Source of the DNA: Trichinella spiralis
Taxonomy: Eukaryota
NCBI RefSeq assembly: GCF_000181795.1
Contig: NW_003526945.1
Span: 5,740,943 to 5,804,942, forward strand
Reading direction: 5' to 3'
DNA length: 64,000 bases
Shown here: piece after piece, positions 40,201 to 53,361 of the stretch
Layout of the letters: every line of letters starts with the position of its first letter
Numbering within the stretch: position 1 is the first letter of the stretch
Made by a program: the position numbers and the translations under genes
The notes under the pieces: model-generated
Told to the model about the DNA's origin: nothing
Database searches by the model: none
What the model saw: only the letters and a program-made list of their open reading frames with translations

Positions 40201-41100
40201 CCCACCAAATATGCTAATCTGATAGTTATTGAAAACACAAAAGAAATATTAATCAGATTTGTACAAACAACTTCACCATCTTCAATCGACGACAATTAGG
40301 ATCAGAATTGTTGCTGTTGCTGGCGTTCAAGTGACGCTCAACTGTTGTAGAACAATCTAGCGGTCGAGTGGAGTTGCGGTGTACAAAGTTTTCATGCATA
40401 TATTTTTTTCATTTTCCACCATTTCACAAGCTTTTCTCATTCATAAATTCAAAAACAGAAATGCTTTTCTTCTTCTTTTTCTCAATGCCTATTTTTATCG
40501 TCTCCCCCCCCCCCTTAAAAGAAAAAAAATGGTTCGCTTGAATAACGAAAATTGAAAATAAATTATCATATCATTTTTTTTCTTTTTTCCATTTACCAGA
40601 AAATCACAAAGCGTGTCGAACGTTTCCTATCAGCGAAAAGCAAGAAGCGTTTTCATCAAATTCAGCTTTTGCTTGGCAACGAACAGAAGAGAGAGAGAGA
40701 GAAAGAAAAAAACAGAATGCTTTTCTCTCACCTCCGTTGGTTAGATAAAAACAAGCAAACGATACTGCATGCCAAAAAAATCAATACTTGACAATTTCTG
40801 AAAAAAAAGAGCAACAATTTATCAATTTTATAATGCAAAATATTTTTCACTTTTCAATAACTCGCGTCGATCTTTTTCCACATGCTCCCCCCTCCCCCAG
40901 GCAATTGCAAGCACCTGCTAAAATGGGAAACGGACAATGGAAATTGAATGTGGAAAATAATTTTTTTTCTTCTTCTTCTTCTAAACTTTACAAAAGTATC
41001 GTTTTATTGGACTTTAAACTATTTTGAAAGTAACGAAAGAAAAAGCTGAAAATTCTTTTTTTAACATATATATATATGTTATAATTGAAATAAAACTATT

Positions 41101-44100
41101 TCACGCATCGTGTGATTTTTGATAAAAGCAAAATGTCATCAAACCACTTTCCCATATAGCTTTGATCGCATTGTCCGGAATGCGACGTTTATCTTTGCTA
41201 TGATGCCACAATGCCAGGTCTGAATTTGTGTCCGCATCTTCTGGAGGGGAAATTGATTCAACTCCACCAATACAACGCTTGCATTTCAATCTAGCAAAGC
41301 AAAAAAAGAAAAAATTCATTATTAATAATATTCAAATAACAATAAATAATAATAAAGCATCACTGACGAGTCGTGTGTATCAGAAATTGTATCCGACTTC
41401 ATGCGAAACAAATCTTTCAATTGATCAGAGCTGAAGAGGCTCGCCAAATTTTCCTCATTATCCACAACACAAGAGCTGAGCGCTTTTTTGTGCGTTTGAC
41501 GTTGAAATATTTTTTCCTCAATTGATCCAGTCTGAAATTCACAATTCTTCTTAATCATCAATTTTTACACACGCTCATTTGCATACAGCTAACAAACGAT
41601 AAATGAAACAAATTTTCTTCTGTCCATCACGCCAAACACGCGCCATTGCTTGACCATCGTTGGCAGGGTTCCAGTCCGGGTCGAACATCACCAGCCGATT
41701 GGCGCCGATTAAATTCAAACCACACCCACCCGCTTTGCTTGACAACATGAATACGAAGGTGGAATTCTTGAAATTATTCAAATTTAACACAAACAATGCA
41801 AACGACTAACTTATTCACAAACGCCAACTTGAGGATCGTTGAAATCGGCCACTATTTTAGCTCTTTTCTTTTTAGTCATCGAACCGTCCAAACGCACAAA
41901 TCCATAATTTCTCAAAATGCACAACTGTTCGAACAGATCCAAAGTTTGCGTATAATTGCTGACCAGTACAACTTTGTCATCAGTGTTCGCTTTCACGTAA
42001 GCCAGCAGTCCGTCAAGTACACGCATTTTGCCTGACCATTCTGGTCGAATTTGTTTCTTCACCGAAAAGCCGGGCGGAAAAAGATCTGAACAATTTTCAA
42101 ATCCGTCCGTCTTTTCAATACACTTTTCATATATCAGAGCAGGATCTAACAACAAAATAATTTTATAAAAAAATTAACGTCTCACAACAAATAGAAAATT
42201 TACGATTGCACAATTTCTTCAGATTGGTGATCAATGCCAGCGCTTTTGATGGCATATTTCCAGTGCACGCATCCCGAAGTTGGGATGCCATTGTTTTCGA
42301 ATTCAAAAATCGTTCATATAGTTTCATTTGCATATCAACAAATTTGCAGCACAATATCAACTCGTCTACAACACACGCGCATCGTCAAGAAAACAAAAAA
42401 TAGGCTAATTTCATTGAATTAATCCTGCTTCAACTTAAAAAAAGATACTTACATTTCGTTGGCAAGTATTTAGTGAGAAGCGCTTGGGTACGACGAATTA
42501 TACATTTATTGACAATTTCCAAAAGCTAAAGTGGAATTTCAAACATTCAACATTTTCAAATACACATATGGAAAACGAACTTCATCGAGCTTTTCTTTGC
42601 CCAATTTTTGTTGCTGTTCCGACGCATCCGCATCACGACCTTTCAATATAGGATTTTCAAAGCGTCGTTTAAATTCGTTTGCTGTTCCCAAAATTCCAGT
42701 GTTGACAAAATGCACAAGACTGAAGTATTCCAATAAGTCGTTTTGAATCGGTGTTCCGGATAATAAAATTCTACGTTGGCATTGTAAACCAGCTAAAGCT
42801 TGATAAGTCTGATTTTCACAGTTTTTCAATCGATGTCCCTGTCAAAGTGCAAAACTTGTTCAAAATATGAAATCAGAAACAACAAATTTGCCATTATTAT
42901 TATTATTATTATTATTATTACTTCGTCACATATAACTAAACCAACAGGATATTTGTGAAGAATGTCGCAGTGAAGTCGAAAAGTTTCGTAAGAAATTATC
43001 AATATAGGCGAAATTGAACGACGTGAACGCTGCACCATAAAATTCTCTATAAAATTCGAATGTAAAAAATGTTAAACAAAAATAAAAAATATTCATCAAA
43101 ATTTCTACCCAACGTATTATTAATGGCATCTTTCGATCCACCATCTATTGATATTGGAATCACTCTATTTTTCAACCATTTCAAGACTTCATTATACCAA
43201 TTCTACAAAAAATAACACATTTAAAATCCATGTAATACACTGAATCACCACTATACATACCTTGACAAGACTGCTCGGGCAAACCACAACCGCTTTATCA
43301 ATTAGTGCCTTTGCTTCGGGACTCTGACGCTAGAATACGTGTAAAAAGAAAAAAGAAAATTCAGTGAATACGTTTTCACAGCAATAAGCAAGAAAAAAAA
43401 TTAATTACTAAATTTAAAAACAAGAAACCATATTCCCCCATCCGTATCTGAGTATACATATATATGTGAATAAAAATCATTAGCATAATTAAACTTCTGC
43501 ACATTAAATATTAAGTATCATCTCTATTAAAATATAAAATTAATTATAAAAAAATTAATTAACCTCTGACAATGCGTTTTCCAAAAAACAATTTACTTAA
43601 AATATTGTTGAAATTTTGCATGTGATTAAAAAAAAACAAACCAACATAGTCCACATGAGAGTGATACACTGAAGAGTTTTGCCTAATCCCATCTCGTCTG
43701 CCATTATACAACCATAGCTGCCTTCGATTCTCTTTCCCGTAACACAATCATACATAAACTTGACACCTTCTCTTTGATGTGGTCGAAGAATTTTCGACAA
43801 TTCTGGATCTACCACAACATGAACTAATTGTTTACTTCTAAATATAAAACTGAAATATTGCAAAAAAAAACAAGAAACAAATCATACGCATCTAATTTAA
43901 GCTTCTCATGCTTGCCAATTTCGGGTGGTTCAAATAAAACAAGAGCACCTTCTTCGTAAGGATCATGCAGCGCTACTCGAGCACCACTTCGACGAAGACC
44001 CAGTGCTTTGTTTCCATAAGAACTTCCTAAATAAAATCCATTAAGCAGATTAATTTCGAACGCAAAAAGACTAACCATTATAATTTGGGATAGGAACTTT

Positions 44101-44618
44101 GAAGGGTTTTGACAAAATTTTCTTAATAAATTCTTCCTAAAGCTAAAAACTTGTACAAAGAAAAATAATACGATGGCGATGTAAAAGTACATGATCTGAT
44201 TGCCCTGAAATATTATGTTCGTCTTTGTTGATGATAACTAGCGGCTTTCGAAGGGCAGAAATCAACGATTCACGATCATATTTGTAAATTTCTTCCTCTA
44301 TTTTAGGTTTCTTTCGCCTTACCGTTGTCGTCTAAAACTGTATAACGTTTCCGTGAAGTTAAAACTGCAAACGGCAGATTGCAATGCTCTCATAAAATTA
44401 ACAAAAAAAGAGCTAAAACGCTCATTAATGACGAATATTGTACAAAATTTAAAAATAAAAATAAATAAAAACAAAATAATATTTAAACCTCGGTTAACTT
44501 AGCAGCTAACGGTACAAACGGTACGCTATTGCCAGTTTGCGATGGAGCAGTGCTTCTGCGCTAAATAAGTACGAAAAAAATTACTTGCTATAGAATGTGA
44601 TATTTATTCAAATACCAT
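41101..44618 (-). CDS. RAD54: DNA repair/recombination translocase RAD54 (SWI2/SNF2)
   Basis: M|RRSTAPSQ start, [80 protein letters not shown]; ends QKSHDA* at 41101. Confidence 0.97.
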
Positions 44619-45384
44619 AATTTGTTGATCAATTCATTTTCTTGATACCAATAAAAATCAAAATGATAAAAAATACGATTATATAGTTTGAAAATTGCAC
44701 ACGAATCTACAGTAAGTAGAACTCAAGTGATATTTATCAATTTTTCAAAAACGACATTTCATGTTGTTCTTTTGCAAACTTTTTGGCTTATTACAAAATT
44801 TAATTTATTTGAATTTCCATTTAATTTTTAATTTAATTTAAGTTTTCATTTAATTTTTCATTTCAGTATAAGTGAATTCAAACCATCGGCGTTAAACCAC
44901 TGTCCGGCGTTCGTCAATGCTTATTATCTTCATCCCTGCATTATTATCAATCAGACAATTATTAATAAATTAATACGGGCAGAAATATGCAATAATTAAT
45001 CAGTAAGTTAATGATTTATTTATCTGTAAATTTTATTTGCAAACGTATTTATATGTACATTTTCTCTGCATATATTTACATGTTCCAATGATAAAAATGC
45101 TTTCAGTAATAAAAAAAAATTTACTTAGAATATTAAATATTTTTTATCACTAGATTTCCATGTCTCAATCTCATAATTTTGATTTATTAATCTAGTTTAC
45201 ATCATCAGAAAATTCGACATACAGTATTCAAAAATTTTCTACCTGCATTTTACAAACTTGTAAATGACCGTATGAATTTGATTTATTATCCAGTTTCTTG
45301 TAACAGTCATTAATTTTACTTGACAGCTTTTAATTAGCCTTATTTTGTTACTTAATTAATATCATTTTTCAATCATCTATTGCA

Positions 45385-47893
45385 ATGGGTAAGTTATTTG
45401 AAGTTTTGGTACATTCTTGGTTTTGGAAGAGTTTGTGTTTAAAATAAATGTAAAATATCTGTAAAGAGTTAACTGTTTGTCAGCATTGACTTTTTATCTA
45501 TATTTTGAGTGATACTAATTTTAAATGTATGTTTAATAAAATAATTGTGAAAGAATCTATGCATATGTTTCTTTACTTTTTGTATGTACTTTTTGAAAAA
45601 TAAAATATTAATTTTTGCATTATTGTAAGATATTTTTGAGATTTTGAACGAAGTTATTACTTAATTTTAATTTATTATTGATAAGATTTGTATATGCATG
45701 CAAGAGCATTTGTTTTTTTACAGTTCAATAAATATATATAAGTTTATAATTTTATCAAAATCATTTTTTGTAATAATGAAATAATTTTTTTTGATTTAGA
45801 TCCATTACCTATAATTTTCGATGCTGGTCATCATTCACTTCGCATTGGTTTAAGTGGAAGGAGAAAGCCGGAGGTGAATCATATGTTCAAAAATTGTGAA
45901 TTATTAATTTCTATAGACAGTAGTTTAATAGTTTTGTTTTAATGTTATATTTGGATCTGTTATATAAATTACAAATATTTTCGTTTTTGTTTTGAACGTG
46001 AAATAAACTGTTTTGTAATTAGATTGATATGTATCATTGGTATGGTTGCAAGGATTATCCCATGAGTCCACAACTCCCTTCAACGGATTTGCCCGAGAAA
46101 CCCGTTCGACGAAACGCTAGACTGAAATTACCTTTTAAAGTACCAATAACAATTGACGATGATGAAGATATACCGTTGACAGTGGCGAGCCAGAGAAGAG
46201 AACTGTTTTTCGGTAGTGATGCTCTGGACAACACAAACCATAGTCTCGGGATGTATTCATTCTTAGAGAACGGCATAAGTATGCGTGAATGTTTTGCATT
46301 TTAGTTTTAATTGATTACTTTTCAGTTCAAGACTATGACTTTTTTGAAGCTGTCATGTACCACATGTATGCACAGCCAGGCTTCGGTGACAGTTGCGAGC
46401 ATAATGTTTTCTTTACAGAACCTCCAGTATGAATTGTTGTTTTTTTTTGGTAAATTTCTCGTGATTTTGCTTTTTGTTCAGTGGAATAAAAATGAACATC
46501 GGAAAAGGATCGCCGAAATGATGTTTGAAACGTTCGATGTTCCGTCGATATATTTTTATAAAAATGCCGCACTGGCTGCGTAAGGCAGTTGTTGTGTTTG
46601 CTATGAATCTGGCATAGGGAAAACTTGTAATTTCAGATTTGCAAATGGGCGCACCACTGGACTCGTCGTGGACTGCGGAGCCACGCACACGACTGTAGTT
46701 CCTGTGCGTGAAGGTTATTGTCTTCAAAAGGGTAAATGGATATTATTATCATTATTCTTGCTTGATTTGTATTGTTGAAACTGTTGTTCCAGGTTTGGTA
46801 ACTACCCCCTTTGGAGGTGATGCGATGTCGGCCTTGTGTGCTGAATTGATGGAAAAACGGCAAATCAAAGTCATACCTCCAAAAGAGGAAGTGGATAAGC
46901 CGTTTATTTCGAAAGATTTTGTTGAAGGTTTGCATAGTTTTGCTCACTGGGTATGTGAATGTGATGATTGATCATCATCGTCATTGTGCTGGAAAATGTG
47001 TTAGGTTTTTGTCAATTGTAGAAAAATGTGGAAAACTTCAAACGGAATGTTGTTGCTATACGTGGTGGTGAACAGCCGTGGTGGTAAGAATGAGATAATT
47101 TTGTTAAAAAAGAAAAGTTCTTTTTTAAATTTCTCTTGAAACATATTTCAGCGATGTTGAGAATTCAGAGGAAGTTGATTTCGATTTTCTCGGTAGTGGA
47201 AAGCATTCTTTTGGTATTGAACGTTTTCAGCTGGGCGAAAATATGTTCAGTTTTCCTGTTTCTGGAGTAGGAAGCTTTCTTTTACATGTTGCATTATTAG
47301 CAGTCGTTTTTTTCGTTTTAAGGCAACAAGTGCATTAGCCATCAGAACTGGTGGAATTTGGGGTAGTTTGAAGACTAGCGTTGGCAAAATTCCAATCGAA
47401 TGGAGGCAGGTAGGAGTGAAATAGTAGTTGTAGTGTATGGTCAGTTTTATTTGTCATCTCTGTCAGCGAGTGATTCTTTTTTAGTCGTTGAGCAATGCAA
47501 TCATCATTACTGGCGGAAATTCGTCGATTCAAGGTCTTGACGATCGTTTGGTCCATGAAGTGAATAGCAAAAAGCTGCGAGTATGTTCGTCTATAATTTT
47601 CACTTTCATTTATTTCATCATTGTACAACAACAATTATTTATCTAATTTCAAAGAGTACGAAATTGAAAGTTTGCATACCGCCGCCGCAGATTTGTCGTT
47701 CTTATTCAGCATTTGTTGGCGCTTCATTGATCACGCGTTTGGTATTTATTCTCTTTTCTTTTCTTTTCTTTTCTTCTTCTTCTTTAAATTTTAATAATTA
47801 TTATAAATTTAGGATGTAATGGAAAACTTGTGGTTGCGCAGAAGAGATTATGAAGAATTTGGTGTACTGGCGTTGATGAGTAAATGTCCTTGA
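45385..47893 (+). CDS. Divergent nuclear actin-related protein, ACTL6/BAF53/Arp4-like
   Basis: ATGG|gtaagt then [17 protein letters not shown] (45800+), [66 protein letters not shown], and C-terminal YEEFG..MSKCP*. Confidence 0.9.
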
Positions 47894-48155
47894 TTTTGTT
47901 TTGTTTTGTTTCTTCTACGAGAATGTTCATGAGGATTTTTGATTTTAAACTTACTTTGCCGTTTGTTCGTAAGTTGTCTTAGCTTCAGCTTATGATTGTT
48001 TCCAATAATAAAAAAAATATTTGCACTGTGATGGTCATTTTGATCGGTAATTTATTGGTTTGTAATTGTAATACATAAAATGATCGTCCACTTGGCTGTG
48101 TCACGTTGTCAGCATGGTTGTGTTTGTGAAATGATGAAATGTTGAACAAGGGACT

Positions 48156-49401
48156 TCATTTTCCAGTGATCATGCGGAGCAGTTGTCTGAATACTTGACG
48201 AAAGGCTCCTCGAAATTTGGCCGACATCGCGTGATACAGGATGGGATTCAGAGCACAGTTGATGTAGATCATCGTTTTAGCGACAAGCAAGTACCTGAGA
48301 TGGAAATTTATGTAAATATCCGTGTAAAAGTTGGTCAATTTCAACGTTATCAGCATTCAACAAATTCTTACCACTTTTCAATCCAAGGTTGACTTGCGAA
48401 AGAATTGTAAACGACCAATCCTCGGTATGGTAGCCAGCAGATTGTAAACGTGAACACAATTGCGATCAGCATATTTACAATCTGAATTCACAAGTTTTAC
48501 TATTAAACAGTTGAACAATAACGAGGGTCTATATTAGCTTGTTTACTTGTACACGGCTTCGATTGGAACGTACCGACCGCCTGGTAGAGACAATGCAAAA
48601 ATTTGCCGAAGTCATTTCGTCGATTTCGACGAACGAGCCAAGTTTGCGTTTCAATTTGGTGGACGTTTTTTTACAACATAAATCACGATAATTTCCATAC
48701 AAGGTGAAAACGATTCGTCCATAAACGACGATGTAGAGGAAAAATGGAATCCAATAGAAGAGCAGCATGTCGGTCATGAATATAGCTTTGTAATTGCTGC
48801 GATTCATTTTGAACGTACACCGACATGCATCTTTCCAGTCTTCGTAGTCGAGCGGCGACAAGCCGGTCAGAAATAGCCAGGGTGAAGTGTACAAGACGCT
48901 GAAGATCCAAATGAAGCAGATGATCATCTTGGCCCTTTTTATAGTACATATGAATTGTGCTTTCATTGGGTGGCATATTCCGATGTATCGTTCCAAAGTG
49001 AAAGCGGCTATTGAAAGCGAAGACGCGTTGATGGCCAGAAAGGAGAGAAAAGTCAAAAGACGACAGCCGATTTCTCCAAAAATGTACACATCTTCGGGTA
49101 CGTGCATCCAGACAATTTCAGTCGGAGTGGAACTGAGAAAGCATAGACAATCCGCAGCTGCCAGAGAAACCAAATAACAATTGGTCGGACTAATCATACC
49201 TTTCATCGACAGTACCACACCAATTACCAACAAATTGCCGAATACACCGACCAGTGCTGTGGTACTGTACGCCAACGTGGCGGTCCAACGAAATTCAGCT
49301 GGTAAATAGGCTTCAGAACTGTTTCGCATCGTGGGAAAAATACTCGACAAATTTTCAAGCATATTTTGCAACGTTTCATTCGTTTGACTTTCTTGTCTCA
49401 T
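48156..49401 (-). CDS. TRHR: Thyrotropin-releasing hormone receptor-like class A GPCR
   Basis: Exons 49401-48547, 48481-48372, 48294-48156. PTNCYLVSLAAAD, INASSLSIAAFTLERYIGICHPMKAQFICT, CWLPYRGLVVYNSF, NCALNPILY. Confidence 0.9.
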
Positions 49402-51130
49402 TATAATACCGCTGTTCTGCTTCTTGTCACGACTTTACTCACTTTCCAGCATCGCTTTTCGACGTTTTGTCTTTTCAACGACGCAATGAACAAATTTTCA
49501 AATATACTTCCAATTTGAACTTGATTTTCATTTACCTTAACAGTAAAAATTAGAAATTATTAAAATGAAGAGTTGAATTTTGCAAAATAAATGCAAATTG
49601 GCTTTCTTTTCTACCAGAAATTACATTTCAATCAATAATTCGATCAAACAGTTCAACAACTCTTCGCTGTTTACAAGAGTTTAAACTTGATTTAAACTTC
49701 ACACGCGCCAATGATGAATGCAAACAGTGAAAAACTCCATGCTGTGTTTTTCAACCTTTATCCATTTTTATTCAGTTGTGCATGGAAAATTGGACAAATT
49801 ATAAAAAGAAAAGTTGAATAAACTGAACGATGACATTCAAATAATTTCACAAAGTTGAAACATATTATTGATATTCAAAAGTACATTGTATTAATATATA
49901 CATATATATATATATATATATTTTAACAAACGAATTTAATTTGAAAATCTGTTAGTTTCATAAAAATCACATTTCATTTTCCTTTCTTTCTTTTCTTTTA
50001 TTAACTGAATCACATTATCAGCAGAAGTAATTATTTGAAACATTTCCTTATTCAGATGAAAAATATCAATAATATCAAATAATTTGAATATTATTTACTT
50101 TGAAAAGACTTAATTTAACTTGAAAATGACAGACAATAAGTTTTTTGACGATACTAAAAGTAACTTATGATTTTAAAATAAATAAGTATATCGATACATT
50201 TCAGCAAATTTGAACTACTATTTCTACAACTTGGCAACATTTCAACTGATTCAAAACCCAATCAAGTTAGCAATTAACTTTTGAAAATGAAAAAATTTCA
50301 AAAATTTAATAAGTCTACATAGAATAAATTATTACATCATGCATCATTTCAATAGAAAAAGGTGATGACGTAAGAGAGACTTTCGCATTAATAATACTGT
50401 ATTAGTCACGTCAAAGATTTAATCTTCAACTTCAATATAATGCACACAAGACGTTTCATTTATTTAAATATAATTCATCACGCCTAAAAATGTCGACGCT
50501 TTCGCACCGAACGTTTTCCGCTGTTACAAGATGAGCAACAGGCCAATTTTAATTTGCCATTTACTTCAAAAGTAATGCATAATTTATGCCAAACGTTTAC
50601 TCAACACTGAAAAATGAGTTATTTTATCGATTAAGATGCACAAATTGAAATTTTTGAAAAAAATAAACATTTTCGATTCCCCCAATAACGACAACAAAGA
50701 CAATATAGCCGATAAAATTTTTGAAAAAAAGTTTTTTCAAAAAACCACTAAAATCAATCAGCAATATTTAATAAAGACGTCCAAACTTGTCCGCACCGTT
50801 CCCAATGGCGCATCTATTGAAATATTGTCCATTAAAGTGCCAGTAGTTGAGATGATATATGATTCGGCAGATATATCATCATATGTATTGGGAAAAAGTT
50901 TAAAAAATTTGCATGTTTGATTATTTGGGGCTATTTTTCAAGTATAAATTTTCAATTTACTTCACGACAAAAATGTTCTATCCTAACAACAATTGTTCCT
51001 AATTTTAATACAGTATTCCTTGTAGTTGAATTTGTTATTTTTGTAATGTTTATTGAGTGCGTACGATTGGAAAATGACATGCATTTAATATGACGAATTT
51101 CGTATACAATTATGATAAAACGTTACATTT

Positions 51131-51400
51131 CTTAGCACCATAAATCGGTACTTTCTTCTACTGGTTTTTTGGTGAAACTTACACCACCATTCGGACAAAC
51201 CAAAAATGGTCCATCACTGCAAATTCATTTATCAAACAAAAATTTGAACTATCAGCGATGATGATGTAAAAAGATATTTGCTAATTATTTTACTGAATCG
51301 ATGAACAATTTCTCAAACAATAATGATAAATCTTTTGCAATGATCGACCAATTGAATGAACTACCAACGAAGACAACTGTAATTAATATGCATAATAAAC
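51131..51400 (+). mobile_element. Probable mariner transposase C-terminal remnant (frameshifted)
   Basis: Pieces LAP*, SLQIHLSNK, SDDDVKRYL and NYFTES in shifting frames resemble the mariner C-terminus after DLAPSD. Confidence 0.4.
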
Positions 51401-52446
51401 ACTAGTTAAAAGTTCCAGTGTAAAAATGGAGACAGTCAAGTTTAATTCGCACTTAGACTTTTTTACTGATAAAAAGACCAAAAAATAAGTGCAGCAAAGG
51501 TGGAATAAAAAGTTCTTTCTGAAAGTGGAATCATCGTTATGAGAACACAATGTTACTGAAATTGTATTGTATTTTTACTGAAAGCTCAAGTTTTAATGAA
51601 GATTATTTTTCAAGAAATATATTTTTTTAAAAATTGGTAACAATTGCTAAAAGGAAAAGAAAAACAAGCAGTTAATTATTCAGTGGAAGAAAAGTTTCTC
51701 AACTGACAATGTATGCAGGCGGTTGAAGATGATATGAATCGTGTTAAAATGAAATTTTCCAAAATAGCACAAGATAAAATTTCCAACAAATGCAAGATAA
51801 TGTATTTCTTTAATCGCAAAATCCCCTGAACAAGAGTCAAAGTCAATGTTCAAGCATCCTTTTTTAGAGATTCAATTTGATTATTTTTACTAAAAACAAT
51901 TCACTTGATCATCGATGTGTTTCAATTAAAACAGACCGAAAATTAATTAATCAATTCATAAATGTTAATTTCTTTTTGTTTCTTTGCACATCTACCTGTT
52001 CTATACTTTAATGAACAACCGATGCTTCTTTCTTTTCTTCTCTTTGCATCATGGTAAATGTTTGTGGGTGAAAATTTTACAAAATAATAAAAGTCAATTT
52101 AAATTTAAATTTCACTGGACACAAAATGTGGAAACAAATTTCCCTCGCAACTATATCAAACTAATTCACCACTGAGATCCAAAGTGCTCATCTGTGAAGC
52201 TGTGAAAAATTATCCCCACACGGCTTCGGTGAATTTCTATTCAAAAATGGCTTTATTTTTGAAATTTTTGTGAAAAGCAATTTCACGCTTATAAAAGAGA
52301 TCAGCACGTTTGAATTTGTAATCCACGATGCGCACTGCTGAGCGCGTGTCACAAAATGATGTCGGTGTTGTTATTCTCTGAAATTTATATTCAAAAATTC
52401 TATATTTATCTTCATTTATTAATGCTCACAGAAAACAGCTGATGCG

Positions 52447-52477
<31 letters not shown>

Positions 52478-53314
52478 TTTATTGACTCGGAATAAAAATA
52501 TGCGCATTATCCATAAAAATCCGTAAAAATTATTTTTCCGCAACAACAACAACTTTAAAGTGCTGCATTTCAGACAGATTACATTAATTTTGTACATTCT
52601 ACTTTGGCAGAGGATAATTTCAACAGCATAACAATGCAATACAGCACTATAATCTTTTTGGAAATATTGCAATTGCTGTTCAACGAAATGCAATTTCTAT
52701 ATGACCTGGTCATCAATTAGACTTATAAAATATGATCACAATCATTGAGTGAAAAAATGTCAACAAGTAATAATTAACTGTGTAAGTTCAACTTTATGAA
52801 ACGAGAAAAAAATAAAAAAAAACACTAAATATGAATGAGAATAGCTGATAAATATTTGATAATTTTGGTCAAATTGAAATATTCACACAAAAGTTTGCTT
52901 GCTTAATAAGTTTATCTTTATAATTTTATATTTATCTAAGAAACGTTGGATGTGTAATGAAGCAATGCTCAATGCGCACTTCAAGTCGAAAATGGAATAA
53001 CGCATTGTCAAGAAATGATATTGGAAAACTTCAAAATAGCGCATAATTGAATTTGGAAATAAATAATAAATTGTAAATTTGTAAAATAAGCTTTTCCAAA
53101 TTGATTGTGGAAATTTTTTTGAAAATAAAAACTGACTTCAAATTAATTATTTTAAAAAGTACACTCGAATAAATAAATAAATTAATAACGTATAAAATAT
53201 GTGTATTATTATACGATGAACAAGAATTTTATTCATTGAATTGAAATAGATTTGATGAAAAATGTGTACAAAATTTTAATGAAGATTTATCGAATAAAAA
53301 AAGAAAAAGAAAAA

Positions 53315-53361
53315 TGACTGACCGACTGACTGACTGATTGACTGACTGACTGGCTGACTGA
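53315..53361. repeat. (GACT)n imperfect microsatellite
   Basis: Direct reading. Confidence 0.9.

Noticed and set aside
39780..40400. Possible small minus-strand gene downstream of RAD54
   Set aside because: No consistent spliced ORF or homology recognised.
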